DNA of 64,000 nucleotides from Nitrososphaerota archaeon (GCA_011605725.1 JAAOZP010000012.1:192001-256000); one strand, 5' to 3'. Shown: positions 36,531 to 46,871, counted from the first letter of the stretch. Made by a program: numbers and translations. Notes: generated by a model from the letters alone, not told the origin.

Positions 36531-37466
36531 ATGGAAGACCTTAGCCGTAGAATACGTGAAAAAGCGAGGGAGACGGGAGCCGTAATACTAGCCCACAATT
36601 ATCAGAGACCAGAGGTGCAGGACGTTGCTGATTTCGTCGGCGACAGTCTGGAACTCTCCATCAAGGCTATGGAGACCGATGCTAAAACGATAGTTTTCGC
36701 GGGCGTAGATTTCATGGTTGAGCAAGCAGCTTTTTTAAACCCCGGTAAGAAAGTGTTGACGCCTGAGCCAGGCTCCATCTGCCCGATGGCGTGGCAGCTT
36801 GACCCACCTGTGGTTGAAGAATACCGTAGGAAAAACCCGGATGCGCCACTCGTGGTTTACGTGAATTCCTTCATCGAGGTCAAGTCTATGGCGGACTACG
36901 TGGTTACCAGCAGCAGCGCCTCAAAGCTAGTGTCTAAACTTGATTCAGAGAAGATTCTTTTTGGACCAGACAGAAACCTAGCATCATACGTTGCCGAAAC
37001 AACCGGGAAGGAGGTTATCGCTGTCCCATTGAACAGCTACTGCCCGGTTCACGTAAACATCACGGCAGATAAAATATTGGCGGTTAAAAGGGGAGTGCCA
37101 GATGCGAAAGTACTTGCGCACCCGGAGTGTCCACCTGAAACAAGGAGGCTTGCGGATTTCATAGGTAGTACGAGTCAAATAATAAGAGCGGTAGGAGAGA
37201 TTAATGCGAAGCGTTTTATAATAGGCACTGAGAATGGAGTGGTTTACAGAATATCAAAGCTTTATCCTGATAAGGAGGCTTATCCTGTTGGCGAAGACAC
37301 AGTATGTCCTAACATGAAAAAGATAACGCTTGAAAAAGTATATAGGAGCCTAATCAGCGGCGAGACTGTTGTAAAGATCGATGAGAAACTTGCCGAGAAA
37401 GCGAGAAGAGTTCTTGAAAGAAGCTTTGCTCTCCTGGGGGTTGAAACACCTTGGTCGAGGAAGTAG
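36531..37466 (+). CDS. nadA: Quinolinate synthase
   Basis: 'ILAHNYQRPEVQDVADFVGDS', 'CPMA', 'YVNS', 'CPVH', 'AHPEC', 'CPNMK'. Confidence 0.96.
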   Translation: MEDLSRRIREKARETGAVILAHNYQRPEVQDVADFVGDSLELSIKAMETDAKTIVFAGVDFMVEQAAFLNPGKKVLTPEPGSICPMAWQLDPPVVEEYRRKNPDAPLVVYVNSFIEVKSMADYVVTSSSASKLVSKLDSEKILFGPDRNLASYVAETTGKEVIAVPLNSYCPVHVNITADKILAVKRGVPDAKVLAHPECPPETRRLADFIGSTSQIIRAVGEINAKRFIIGTENGVVYRISKLYPDKEAYPVGEDTVCPNMKKITLEKVYRSLISGETVVKIDEKLAEKARRVLERSFALLGVETPWSRK

Positions 37467-38305
37467 TTTTCAAAAAATTTATCGAGTGGCTATGTGAAGA
37501 TGTCCCATACTGGGATGTGACTTCTGAGATAATACCTCCAGAGGTAACATGTGAGGCGGTTGTAATAGCTAAGGAGAATGGTGTTGCAGCCTGCTGCGAG
37601 GATCTTGCTCTAATACTTGAGAAGATGGGTTTCACAGTTAGGGTTTTGAAGAAGAGTGGCGAGGAATTCAGAAAAATGGATCAAATAATGTGGATTAAAG
37701 GCAATATGCGTAGACTCATGGAGATTGAGAGACTATTATTAAACATTCTTTCACAAGCCTTCGGAGTGGCAACTTTAACTAGAGCCTTCGTCGAGAAAGC
37801 GAGAAGAATAAGCCCGAACGTGAAGATAGCCGCAACTAGAAAGGTTAAACCAGGCTTCCAGTATTTCGAGAAGAAAGCCATTGCAGCAGCCGGCGGGGAT
37901 ACTCATAGGCTGAATCTGTCGGATATGATTCTCATCAAGGAGAACCATCTAAAGTATTTTAACTCAGTTGGCGAGGCTGTGAAGAAGGCTAGGGAGATAG
38001 CAAGCTTCAGCAAGAAGATAGAAGTGGAGGTGGCTGAGGCTGAAGATGCTGTAGAGGCTGCTGAAGCCGGTGCAGACATAATCATGCTTGACAATTGCAC
38101 CCCTGAAAGAGCAAGGAGAACGATTGAAATGCTTAGAGAGAAAGGCTTGAGGGACAAGGTTCTAATAGAAGTCTCGGGTGGAGTGAAGCTTGAAAACCTT
38201 GAAGAATACGTTGAAACCGGCCCGGACATAATAAGCTCTGGAGAGTTAACGCATTCAGCAAAAGCTATAGATATCTCGCTTGAAGTTACGAGGGTGGAGA
38301 AATGA
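37451..38305 (+). CDS. nadC: Quinolinate phosphoribosyltransferase
   Basis: 'EDVP..DVT', 'ER..LN', 'TRK..PG', 'HR..LSD..LIKENH', 'IEVEV', 'IMLDN', 'SGG'. Confidence 0.96.
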   Translation: MVEEVVFKKFIEWLCEDVPYWDVTSEIIPPEVTCEAVVIAKENGVAACCEDLALILEKMGFTVRVLKKSGEEFRKMDQIMWIKGNMRRLMEIERLLLNILSQAFGVATLTRAFVEKARRISPNVKIAATRKVKPGFQYFEKKAIAAAGGDTHRLNLSDMILIKENHLKYFNSVGEAVKKAREIASFSKKIEVEVAEAEDAVEAAEAGADIIMLDNCTPERARRTIEMLREKGLRDKVLIEVSGGVKLENLEEYVETGPDIISSGELTHSAKAIDISLEVTRVEK

Positions 38306-39093
38306 AGAGAATAGGTTTGATAGGGTGTGGCGCGATAGGCTCTCTCATAGCCACGGCTGTGGACGAGGGCAAGGTTAACGCAAAACTAGTTTACGTGTAT
38401 GATTCTCGTAAAGAGGCTGCGATGAAGCTGGTTGAGAAGCTGAAGAACAAGCCGAAGATTCTGGATGGAATAGAGGAAATGTTGAAAGACAGGAGGGTAA
38501 AAATTATTGTCGAGGCTGCCAGCGACGAGGCTGTCCTAAAATATCTTAAACCCATTGTTGAGGCAGGTAAAGAGATGCTTGTGATGAGCATAGGTGGGCT
38601 CCTTTTCCCAGAGACGAGAAAAATATATGAGGAAAACGCTAGCAAGATACATGTTCCGGCTGGAGCAATCGCTGGACTGGATGCCATCCAAGCCATAAGC
38701 CTAGTCGGTGTTGACAGGGTTGTTCTAACCACAAGGAAGCCTCCTGAAGCATTAGCATACTCCAATTATTTTAAGGAGAAAGGGATTGAACTGGATAGGA
38801 TCAAGGAGCCTACGCTAGTCTACGACGGGCCTGTTGAAGACGCTTTAATACATTTTCCCAGAAGCGTGAACGTGGCGGCAGCATTAGCCTTATACTCTAA
38901 ATCCGGGGTTGAAGTTAGAATAATAGCAGACCCGGCTAGGAAGGAGATATTGCATGAGATAGATGTCGAATCCAAGGTTTCCAACCTAAAGATACTGGTT
39001 GAAAACATCCCGCATCCAGATAACCCTAGGACGAGCTATTTGGCAGCATTATCCTGCATTCAGAAACTTAAAGAGATTTGCGCTAAGCAGTAA
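38302..39093 (+). CDS. nadX: L-aspartate dehydrogenase
   Basis: 'IGCGAIG', 'VEAAS', 'GAIAGLD', 'TRKPP', 'NVAAAL', 'NPRTSYLAALS'; in an operon with nadA and nadC. Confidence 0.93.
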   Translation: MKRIGLIGCGAIGSLIATAVDEGKVNAKLVYVYDSRKEAAMKLVEKLKNKPKILDGIEEMLKDRRVKIIVEAASDEAVLKYLKPIVEAGKEMLVMSIGGLLFPETRKIYEENASKIHVPAGAIAGLDAIQAISLVGVDRVVLTTRKPPEALAYSNYFKEKGIELDRIKEPTLVYDGPVEDALIHFPRSVNVAAALALYSKSGVEVRIIADPARKEILHEIDVESKVSNLKILVENIPHPDNPRTSYLAALSCIQKLKEICAKQ

Positions 39094-39299
39094 AATACGT
39101 TTAAACTCATGCAACAGGTGGAAAAATCTACATATAAAGCCTATTCAAATACTTGCATCGCAGCATTATTCAAACAATATGACGAGTAGATGAGCGGGGT
39201 TGAACGTCTGCGACTGGGCCAGAACGCTTCCAAGCCTGGGCGTCGAAAAGTTTATAACCATGTTTCTGAGAAGTCCTTCGAAGCCGAGAAGAGACAGTT

Positions 39300-40856
39300 A
39301 TGAGTAATAATGCGGTTAAAGTCTATGTTCTAGACCCTGCTTCAATACTTACCGGAGTAGCCGCTAGGGCGGTTGAAAACGGTGAGGTAGTTGGCAGGAT
39401 AATAGTGCATAAGGCCATTGTGTCGGAGTTTGAAAGAAAAGCCAGAGTTGGAGATGAAACAGGGTTAAACGGTTTAAAATCGCTGAAGGATGCTGCTTCA
39501 GCGAAGCGGCTTAGTGTGGAATTCATAGGCTCTTCAAACACTCCTGAAGAAGTTTCCACAGCATTGAGGGATCTAGCGATAAATATGAACGGCACACTTG
39601 TCTCATGCGACCCAGTTTTAACGAAGACTGCGAAAGCAATGGGGATTGAGGCACTCTATCTTAGCCCGGTTGGAAAAGCTAAGCTTGAAGAATTCTTTAA
39701 ACCAGGCATAATGTCTATACATCTCAAGGAGAATGTTGTTCCGAAGGCGAAGGAAGGAGTTCCAGGCAAATGGGTTTACAGGGATGTTGGGGAGAAGCCA
39801 ATAAGCAAGTCTGAGCTTGAATCAATAATAGCTGACATAATGGAGAGAGTCCAGTTTACAAACCAGGGTTTTGTGGAAATAGACAAGTCTGGCTCGACAA
39901 TAATACAGCTTAAAGACCTTAGAATAGTCATAACTAGACCACCTTTCTCCGACGGACTTGAAATAACCGCTGTTAAACCGCTTGTCAAGAGAAGCCTTGA
40001 AGAATATAATTTGGCTGACAAGCTTGTTGAAAGGCTTAGGACTCAAGCTGAGGGAATACTAATAGCTGGAGCCCCTGGAATGGGAAAGTCGACTTTCGCC
40101 CAGGCTCTCGCAGAGTTCTACAGGTCGATGAACAAGGTTGTTAAAACAATAGAGAGCCCGAGAGACCTTCAACTCCCTCCTGACGTGACACAGTATTCTA
40201 AGACTGCTGCCGAACCGAGTGAGCTCCACGACGTATTACTGTTAAGCAGACCGGACTACACGATATACGATGAGCTTAGAGACACTAACGACTTCAACAT
40301 TTTCATAGATCTTAGGCTCGCAGGCATAGGGATGGTTGGCGTCATACATGCTACAACACCCATGGACGCTATTCAACGCTTCACCGGCAGGACTGATCTT
40401 GGACTCATACCCTCCATCATAGACACAGTCATATTCATGAAGGAGGGAGAGGTTTCTAAAATATACACGCTTGAAACAGTCGTGAAAATACCTAAGGGGA
40501 TGAGGAACGCAGACCTAGCTAGGCCGACGATAATCGTTAAAAACTTCTTAACGGGGGAGGTGGAGTACGAGCTTTATGTCTTCGGAGAGCAAACCTTCAT
40601 AGTACCGGTTCGTAAGAAGAAGACAGGGTATGAGGAGAAGCTTAAGGAGGAGGTTCAGGCAATAGTGCATAACCAGATTTCAGACTTCGACATCAGGGTA
40701 GAGGGAGACAGGCTAATTCTCTATGCGAACAAGGAGGACATACCCATACTTGTAAAGAAGTACAATAAGAAGCTAAACAGGTTTGCAAAGAGGATAAACA
40801 TGAATATTGAGATAAGCCCCCAGAGTAGGCGTGAAACCGGGAACAGAGAACAATAG
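39300..40856 (+). CDS. PINA-type ATPase (PIN-like N-terminus, PilT/VirB11-like ATPase, KH-like C-terminus)
   Basis: 'MSIHLKE', 'RPPFSDGLEITAVKP', Walker A 'GAPGMGKSTFAQALAE', 'ESPRDL', 'RPDYTIYDE', 'DLRLAGIGMVGVIHA'. Confidence 0.88.
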   Translation: MSNNAVKVYVLDPASILTGVAARAVENGEVVGRIIVHKAIVSEFERKARVGDETGLNGLKSLKDAASAKRLSVEFIGSSNTPEEVSTALRDLAINMNGTLVSCDPVLTKTAKAMGIEALYLSPVGKAKLEEFFKPGIMSIHLKENVVPKAKEGVPGKWVYRDVGEKPISKSELESIIADIMERVQFTNQGFVEIDKSGSTIIQLKDLRIVITRPPFSDGLEITAVKPLVKRSLEEYNLADKLVERLRTQAEGILIAGAPGMGKSTFAQALAEFYRSMNKVVKTIESPRDLQLPPDVTQYSKTAAEPSELHDVLLLSRPDYTIYDELRDTNDFNIFIDLRLAGIGMVGVIHATTPMDAIQRFTGRTDLGLIPSIIDTVIFMKEGEVSKIYTLETVVKIPKGMRNADLARPTIIVKNFLTGEVEYELYVFGEQTFIVPVRKKKTGYEEKLKEEVQAIVHNQISDFDIRVEGDRLILYANKEDIPILVKKYNKKLNRFAKRINMNIEISPQSRRETGNREQ

Positions 40857-40902
40857 TTTCAAGAAAGCTTCAGCCTAGAAACAACTTAAACCACGGTCTT
40901 TT

Positions 40903-41274
40903 CTAACGTATTACTCCACCAACAGCCCCACCGATTATTGACATTATTGATCCGAATGCCAGCGACACTATGATTGCTCCACCAGCAACAACGCCTCCTA
41001 GAAGACCCAGTAAACCGCCGAGAACCCCTCCAAGCAGGCCTCCGACTCCAACGAAGCCGATGACTAGAAGTATGGTTGCGATTATTCCGCCGAATACTCC
41101 TGCCAGAAGTCCAGCTAGAGCACCCCTACCGGCTCCACCCCCAGCTATTAAGCCGGCGATTAAGCCACCGATCAAAGAGCCGAAAACTGGAAAGCATACT
41201 CCTAAAAGAGAGTTTACTATAAATCCTAAGAATGCTCCAAGCCACAGGTTTCCTTCCCTCCCCATACATACCAC
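40903..41274 (-). CDS. Small Gly-rich membrane protein (DUF5518-like)
   Basis: Gly-rich hydrophobic helices; 'GSLIGGLIAGLIAGGG..RGALAG'. Confidence 0.7.
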   Translation of the reverse strand: MVCMGREGNLWLGAFLGFIVNSLLGVCFPVFGSLIGGLIAGLIAGGGAGRGALAGLLAGVFGGIIATILLVIGFVGVGGLLGGVLGGLLGLLGGVVAGGAIIVSLAFGSIMSIIGGAVGGVIR

Positions 41275-41304
41275 TGAGGAAGTTTAGCATTAGCTGTGAT
41301 TTAA

Positions 41305-43191
41305 TCATTTCTTCTCAGCAACAGGCTTCTTTCTGGCTAAGTATAAAGTAGCGAAGCATAAAACTGCTAAAGCAACAGCCATGAGGATAAGCATGAGCTT
41401 CGAGCTCAATCCTGATCCCTTTAGTATTACTGATTCATTTCTAATGAGGTTGACATTCCTGCTTTCGACAGAATTACTAACGGTGTAGTTTCCAGTGGGA
41501 ATGTTTGAGAAAACGACATGGCCGTTGGCGTCGGTCTTTCCGTTTGCTTGAGAGGCCGATGAAGCTATACGGACATCGATGCCTCCCATGGGCTCTCCGA
41601 ATTCGTTGACTACGTAAACGCTTAGGGAATACGTTTTCGTCTTTAATTCGATCATCAACGGATTACTTGTCAGCGGAAGCGGGAATTCAACGCTCATACC
41701 AGAGTTCAGGGAAATACTTTTATTCGTTACATGTAGAGAGCCCTTGAATACCTCAACGTCGTCCTTTTTCACCGAGACTTCATAATCCCCTAGAGCCAAG
41801 GTTGCCGTCAATTCGCCGGATCCAGAAGCGATGACCTCTCCATCATGTTTCAATTCTACGACTCCATCCAGCAGCCCACCAGTTGAGTTAACAGCCCTGA
41901 GCGTCACCTTCCCAAGAACTACCGCTATGCTGAAATTGCTCACCCTTGACAATCTCTTCCCGCTGGTCTCAAGCACCAGCACGTAGATTCCGGGCGACTC
42001 GGGCCTATAGCTTATCGTGAAGCTCCCGTTTGGAAACGGCCTTAGCCTAAGGACCTTGACTTCCCTCTCGCCTTGGTAGATGTGTAACGTCAACTCAGCG
42101 GTTTCTGGCTCCATAGTGCCGATGAGAACCCCATTAACGATTATTTCCCTCCCGATACTGACCACTGATTCTTCAATCCATGACCTTAAAGTACATACGC
42201 TCGGCACTACTGTCTGAAACCTCCCGTACGCAACTGACCCAATGTAAGTGTCATTGCCAGGCCATTCGGCCTTTATGAAAACATCCCCGAAAACCCTCGG
42301 CTTCCAGACCATGGAGAAGACTCCGGTGGTGGCTTTCAACTCGGCAAACAGTGTCCATGAGATGTTGTCAAGCGAATAGCATAACGAGACGTTTTTGGCG
42401 CTTGGAGGATAAAGGGTTCCGTTTATCTTAATATCCTCAGCTCCCGCAATAATCACGGCCGGGCTTACGGTTAAGTTAAGGATTGACACTCCTTTTACAT
42501 GAAGAGCATACTCTGGTGTTGAAGCAGACTCGTACTCCGCATCCCTCGGGAAGTAGGCTGAAACCTTGTAGAGGCCCAGAAGCCTTGGCGTAAAATTGAA
42601 CGAGAAGATTCCGTTAGAAGAAACCGATAATTGATACTCCTTCAAATCGCCTTTGGGATCCTTAACCTTAAAGTATACTGGTGAAACGCTGGGACTGACT
42701 TTCCCGGTTATCATGACGCTAGCGTTAACGACCGCCTCGCTTGGAACGTTGAGCTGAATGCTGACCGGCTTCTTTTCCGGCGGAGGTGGTGGGGGCGGGG
42801 GAGGCGCTGCGGAAAGATAAACATTTATTAGTAAAGCTTCCCCATGTTGTGATGTTCCAGAGCTACTACCCGAGTAATCGCCCTTGGATGCGCTGACGGT
42901 CACTGTCACTGGAACTGCGTTGACATTTAACGTAGTATCGTAGTATCCATCGTTATCAGTTGTCCCTGACCAAGAATCCCCACCTCCGGAGACATGGACG
43001 GAAGCCCCTACTGCCTTGCTTCCATCGGGCATGTATACATACCCATACACAGGCACCGACACCCCTCCCCTTACCTTGATGGTATTTATCGCGATTGAGA
43101 CGAATATTGAGATGAATACCAATGAGGAGACTAAATAGAATGAAAACCTTCTAATTTTATCTGCATACATCTGTTGTCTCAACCTCCACAA
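41305..43191 (-). CDS. Cell-surface protein with carboxypeptidase-regulatory-like/Ig-like domains, poly-Pro linker and C-terminal TM anchor
   Basis: N-terminal signal/TM, 'VYGYV...GASV.V', 'TTDNDGYY', a run of 10 prolines, 'TDANG.V.F.NIP.GNY', C-terminal TM plus 'RKK'. Confidence 0.75.
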   Translation of the reverse strand: MWRLRQQMYADKIRRFSFYLVSSLVFISIFVSIAINTIKVRGGVSVPVYGYVYMPDGSKAVGASVHVSGGGDSWSGTTDNDGYYDTTLNVNAVPVTVTVSASKGDYSGSSSGTSQHGEALLINVYLSAAPPPPPPPPPEKKPVSIQLNVPSEAVVNASVMITGKVSPSVSPVYFKVKDPKGDLKEYQLSVSSNGIFSFNFTPRLLGLYKVSAYFPRDAEYESASTPEYALHVKGVSILNLTVSPAVIIAGAEDIKINGTLYPPSAKNVSLCYSLDNISWTLFAELKATTGVFSMVWKPRVFGDVFIKAEWPGNDTYIGSVAYGRFQTVVPSVCTLRSWIEESVVSIGREIIVNGVLIGTMEPETAELTLHIYQGEREVKVLRLRPFPNGSFTISYRPESPGIYVLVLETSGKRLSRVSNFSIAVVLGKVTLRAVNSTGGLLDGVVELKHDGEVIASGSGELTATLALGDYEVSVKKDDVEVFKGSLHVTNKSISLNSGMSVEFPLPLTSNPLMIELKTKTYSLSVYVVNEFGEPMGGIDVRIASSASQANGKTDANGHVVFSNIPTGNYTVSNSVESRNVNLIRNESVILKGSGLSSKLMLILMAVALAVLCFATLYLARKKPVAEKK

Positions 43192-46165
43192 ACTTCTTCG
43201 GAGAAGTTAGGAAAACGAAGTATCCGAAACCTTTCTCTATTTGGAAGTTTTTCGGTTTGGGGGCACTGGGCACATAACTTTCATATCTTTGGCTTGTCGA
43301 ATTCCATCTGTCTATGTGATTTACCACGTTAATCCCTATGGCTTCTGCCATATCCTTAGCGGAATATCCGGATGGAGGGTTGAAAATGAGGGCAATTAAA
43401 TTATAATATTTCACTAGATCCCTCACATAAAACCTCACTAGGAGCCAATCGCTCGTTCCCTTAGTATCGTTAGTCCTTATGTAAATTTTATGGCATCCAT
43501 CAGCATAGGTTGAACCGTTGAAGCTTATTCTGATGAACTCTATGCTTGAATCCCAAGAGCCGTCTATAGGATAAGGTATCACAACTGAGGAGTTAACGTC
43601 GTCAACCGCGTATCTTGCACCAGTAATATTGTTGGGAGAAATTATTTTAACTGTTAGGTTAACTATGCCTGCTCGAACAGTACTGTTTAAAAGTATTAAC
43701 GTTAAGTTTGCAACCTCGACGGTGAAGTTGGCTGTTATCGCGCCTGGTCCGTTTATAGTAGCCATGGTATTCGGCGAATTGGGATTGGCTATTGTTATCT
43801 TCGGAGTACTGGAGAACCAGTTCCTGAAAACGCAGCCGAGACTAGGGGTGGCGGATATTTGGATTGTTAAACTCTCGTTATACCAACCTGATCCGGAGGG
43901 GGTTACAATGCCGTAGCCTGGCGGCTTAACGTCGAAGGTTACATTATACTGTTTTTTAAAGAAGGCTGCTACAGTGGTATTGTAGCTTGGAACAATATAG
44001 TTATGACTCTGTGCTCCGCCGCTGCTCCAACCATACCAAGCATACCTTGTCCAGTCATCTAAGTAGAATGGGGAAATCGCCTCTAACAGATGGATTGAGC
44101 CTGCTTCCCAGATGAATTTAGCGGGCGTCGTAACAGGCTGACCATCAACCTTGACCAAGCTCGATCCTTGAGGATTAGAGTCGATCGTGACTTCCGACAT
44201 AGCGTTGAACAACGATACACTCGGATCACCGTAAAGATTGAAGTCGAACAGATTCATCCACCAGACAGCATCGTTACTGGGAAGCAGGCTCTTAGCCTCA
44301 TAGAGAGCAACCCCAGTACTAAGCCTATTCTTTAACAGTTTCTCGACATAGCGATAACCTATTTCAACATTATCTGCAAGCATCCTTGGCCTCCAGTATC
44401 CAACTATGTACCAGCTTACTCTCGAGGATGAAACTGTTGCTATTGCACCATTTTTAAGCAGAGAATAGCCAACGTTATTCCTGTCCTCTGGATACCCGTT
44501 GTTACAGGAGCATTGGAATGTGAGTGAAGGAGCTGAATCGTTAAGGCCAGGAGTATCAGAAGAGCTTAAAAACGATACCCAACTCATCTCGCTAGACTCC
44601 GGCACACCGTCACCATCGTCAAAACCCCAATATTTTCTATAGGTCCCTTGAGAGCTTCCGTGGCCAAACCAGAATACCACCCCATAACCCTTCTTCCACT
44701 CGTTAGCAACATTATCCCTTGTCAACGGTGCGGAGTAGTAGGGTGCAGTCTCAGGCACCGGGTCTCGACCAGCCCTTTCGTAAAGCACGTAGTGTGACCA
44801 GCCTGAGGGGAGAATGTTCTCAACTATGTATTTCGGCAGGTCTAATCCGTCAGTTCTTGGCCAGCCGGAATTGTCTTCATTCGCATAGTTGCTTATGGCT
44901 ACTGGAAGCATTACCCTGTTTCTCCAATCTGTCCCTGAAAACACGTAATACATCGTCTTTCGAAGAATCCTATCTAGCGTAGCGTAATCGTTATCATAAA
45001 CAGGTATTCTTCCCACATACACTTCCGGGGTGAAGTCTACTCCAGTATCTTGACCATACTCCCCGTAATAATTATCTCCATCAGTATTCCAGTTTCCAGT
45101 AAGGTCAGCGTAGAAATAGTCTGTAGGAGCTTCATTATAACCCTGAATCCCCGGCCAGCACATCATCATTGGAACATCGCCGTACGAGTCATATGGATCG
45201 CTCGGATCATCAGGATCAGGATTACCTATGAGAAGAACATATGTAAACCCCAGTGTTAGATAATTATTCTTCAGCCAGTCCCTTATTTTTACTGCCCTCT
45301 GCTGGCCTGATGCCGACCCGTAATCATCTTCCGTAACCATTTTAACCTTGAAACCCTTAATACTCTGAAGATGGTTCACGAAATTGTTTAGCTCCCTGCT
45401 TCCCGTTTTTATAGCGTTTGTGGTGATTATAATATAATCGTATTGTGAGCCCAATGTTTGAAAAGACTGGGAATACCACTCTTTAGCATTGTTCCAGTTT
45501 ACAAATTGTTTCTCAGCAATTTTCTCAACCATCGTGTTTTTAACAATGACTACTCGTCGACCTGTAAGCCGATAGGTGATCTTGAAAGATACGTACCGAT
45601 GTATCTTAAGCCTGCCTTTTAACGGGTTATACTGCACGGGGTTATAGTGTATCCTTGCGAAAACATATATTCCTCTGTTAGAAATCTGGAAAACCTCCAC
45701 AACTTTCTCTGGATAATACTCCTCCACTTCATATACGAGAAGATTCTTACCATCACGTATCTTCTTGCCGGAACCCCATTCCAATTTTTCACCGCACGCT
45801 AAGGGTGGTGCCGGCATTACTTCTGCAGTAACGTTAACCTCATAGTTTTCATCTCGTAGAACATCTATAGCCACAGTGCTCGTGTTTACATCTGGTGGAA
45901 GTAATACATCTAAAAACTTAGTAGGAAGCTCCGGGTTGCCGGGTTCCCCAGAACTGTCGAAACCATCAAGCTCAATCATAAGATAACCTTTATAATTGGA
46001 AATTTTTGGACTGCCGCAACCTATGCTTAATTCTACTTCACCATACTGTGCCCCAGAAACCATTATAGTAGGCATCCACCTTACAGTGAAAACAGCCGAG
46101 AAACAGAATTCGATTAAAATTAGAGTAGCAAGTAGCCCATTGCCCTCTACACGCCTATCCACCAA
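43157..46165 (-). CDS. Peptidase family C25 (gingipain-like) cysteine protease, secreted/surface
   Basis: Propeptide 'PGNPELP', 'YNPVQYNP'; catalytic domain 'YDYIIIT', 'YVLLIG', 'PTDYFYADL.GNW..DGD..YGE', 'PEVYVGRIP', His in 'GHG', Cys in 'CSCNNG', 'FNLYGDP'; C-terminal beta-repeats. Confidence 0.88.
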   Translation of the reverse strand: MVDRRVEGNGLLATLILIEFCFSAVFTVRWMPTIMVSGAQYGEVELSIGCGSPKISNYKGYLMIELDGFDSSGEPGNPELPTKFLDVLLPPDVNTSTVAIDVLRDENYEVNVTAEVMPAPPLACGEKLEWGSGKKIRDGKNLLVYEVEEYYPEKVVEVFQISNRGIYVFARIHYNPVQYNPLKGRLKIHRYVSFKITYRLTGRRVVIVKNTMVEKIAEKQFVNWNNAKEWYSQSFQTLGSQYDYIIITTNAIKTGSRELNNFVNHLQSIKGFKVKMVTEDDYGSASGQQRAVKIRDWLKNNYLTLGFTYVLLIGNPDPDDPSDPYDSYGDVPMMMCWPGIQGYNEAPTDYFYADLTGNWNTDGDNYYGEYGQDTGVDFTPEVYVGRIPVYDNDYATLDRILRKTMYYVFSGTDWRNRVMLPVAISNYANEDNSGWPRTDGLDLPKYIVENILPSGWSHYVLYERAGRDPVPETAPYYSAPLTRDNVANEWKKGYGVVFWFGHGSSQGTYRKYWGFDDGDGVPESSEMSWVSFLSSSDTPGLNDSAPSLTFQCSCNNGYPEDRNNVGYSLLKNGAIATVSSSRVSWYIVGYWRPRMLADNVEIGYRYVEKLLKNRLSTGVALYEAKSLLPSNDAVWWMNLFDFNLYGDPSVSLFNAMSEVTIDSNPQGSSLVKVDGQPVTTPAKFIWEAGSIHLLEAISPFYLDDWTRYAWYGWSSGGAQSHNYIVPSYNTTVAAFFKKQYNVTFDVKPPGYGIVTPSGSGWYNESLTIQISATPSLGCVFRNWFSSTPKITIANPNSPNTMATINGPGAITANFTVEVANLTLILLNSTVRAGIVNLTVKIISPNNITGARYAVDDVNSSVVIPYPIDGSWDSSIEFIRISFNGSTYADGCHKIYIRTNDTKGTSDWLLVRFYVRDLVKYYNLIALIFNPPSGYSAKDMAEAIGINVVNHIDRWNSTSQRYESYVPSAPKPKNFQIEKGFGYFVFLTSPKKFVEVETTDVCR

Positions 46166-46290
46166 TTCCCTTCCGCTTTTTATACCGCTACCAGCCGCAT
46201 ATAAAATTTTTTAATTAATTTTTTAAAAAGACATATAATTTAATACTAATCATTGAACCTCCTCTGACTAATCATCTGGTTCCCTAAGCA

Positions 46291-46791
46291 TCAATCTTTA
46301 GGGATCGAATCGACAATCAGTCTGGACCCATTAGGAGTTATTCTTTTCTCTCTGAAAAACCCTGCTGGGGCTTCAATAGCATACTTGAAACTCTCATTTG
46401 CACCGTAAAGCCTACTTGGATCCGGATCCATCTGCATTATCTCTACTATCGTCCCGTCAGCCTTAATGAAAGCTATGTCTAGGCTTGCCTCAACATTACG
46501 CATATGGAATAAACTGTTAACCTCGTTAGGGAAAACGAATAGTATGAGAGTCTTCTCCACAATGCTTCTGCTAATGTTCTGGAAGCCTGCTGCACGTTCA
46601 TCCGGCTCATCCGCAACCTTAACCTCAAGCTCAAGAATCTGACCCTCGTCGTTAACAACCTTGATCCTTGCAGTACTCATTTTTTGAAACTCCTTGGTAA
46701 CCCTTAAACCCTCATTATTGAAGAATATGAAAAAACAGAGTAAAACTGGAGCGGAAACCAGCAGGATTATGAGAATCTTTCCTCGTCCCAA
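46291..46791 (-). CDS. DUF192 family membrane-anchored protein
   Basis: N-terminal TM; 'VAD...ER..G', 'LFVF', 'FHM.NV...LDIAFI', 'YAIE.PAG'. Confidence 0.88.
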   Translation of the reverse strand: MGRGKILIILLVSAPVLLCFFIFFNNEGLRVTKEFQKMSTARIKVVNDEGQILELEVKVADEPDERAAGFQNISRSIVEKTLILFVFPNEVNSLFHMRNVEASLDIAFIKADGTIVEIMQMDPDPSRLYGANESFKYAIEAPAGFFREKRITPNGSRLIVDSIPKD

Positions 46792-46871
46792 GCTCTCCTA
46801 TACTGTTTGAGGCGGCTGAAAAAGCTTTAGCACCTCTTTAACCAGAAGCCTAAAACTGTTTTTCAAGGAAT

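Noticed and set aside
42776-42806. G-rich low-complexity tract
   Set aside because: It is simply the codons of the poly-proline linker in the surface protein.
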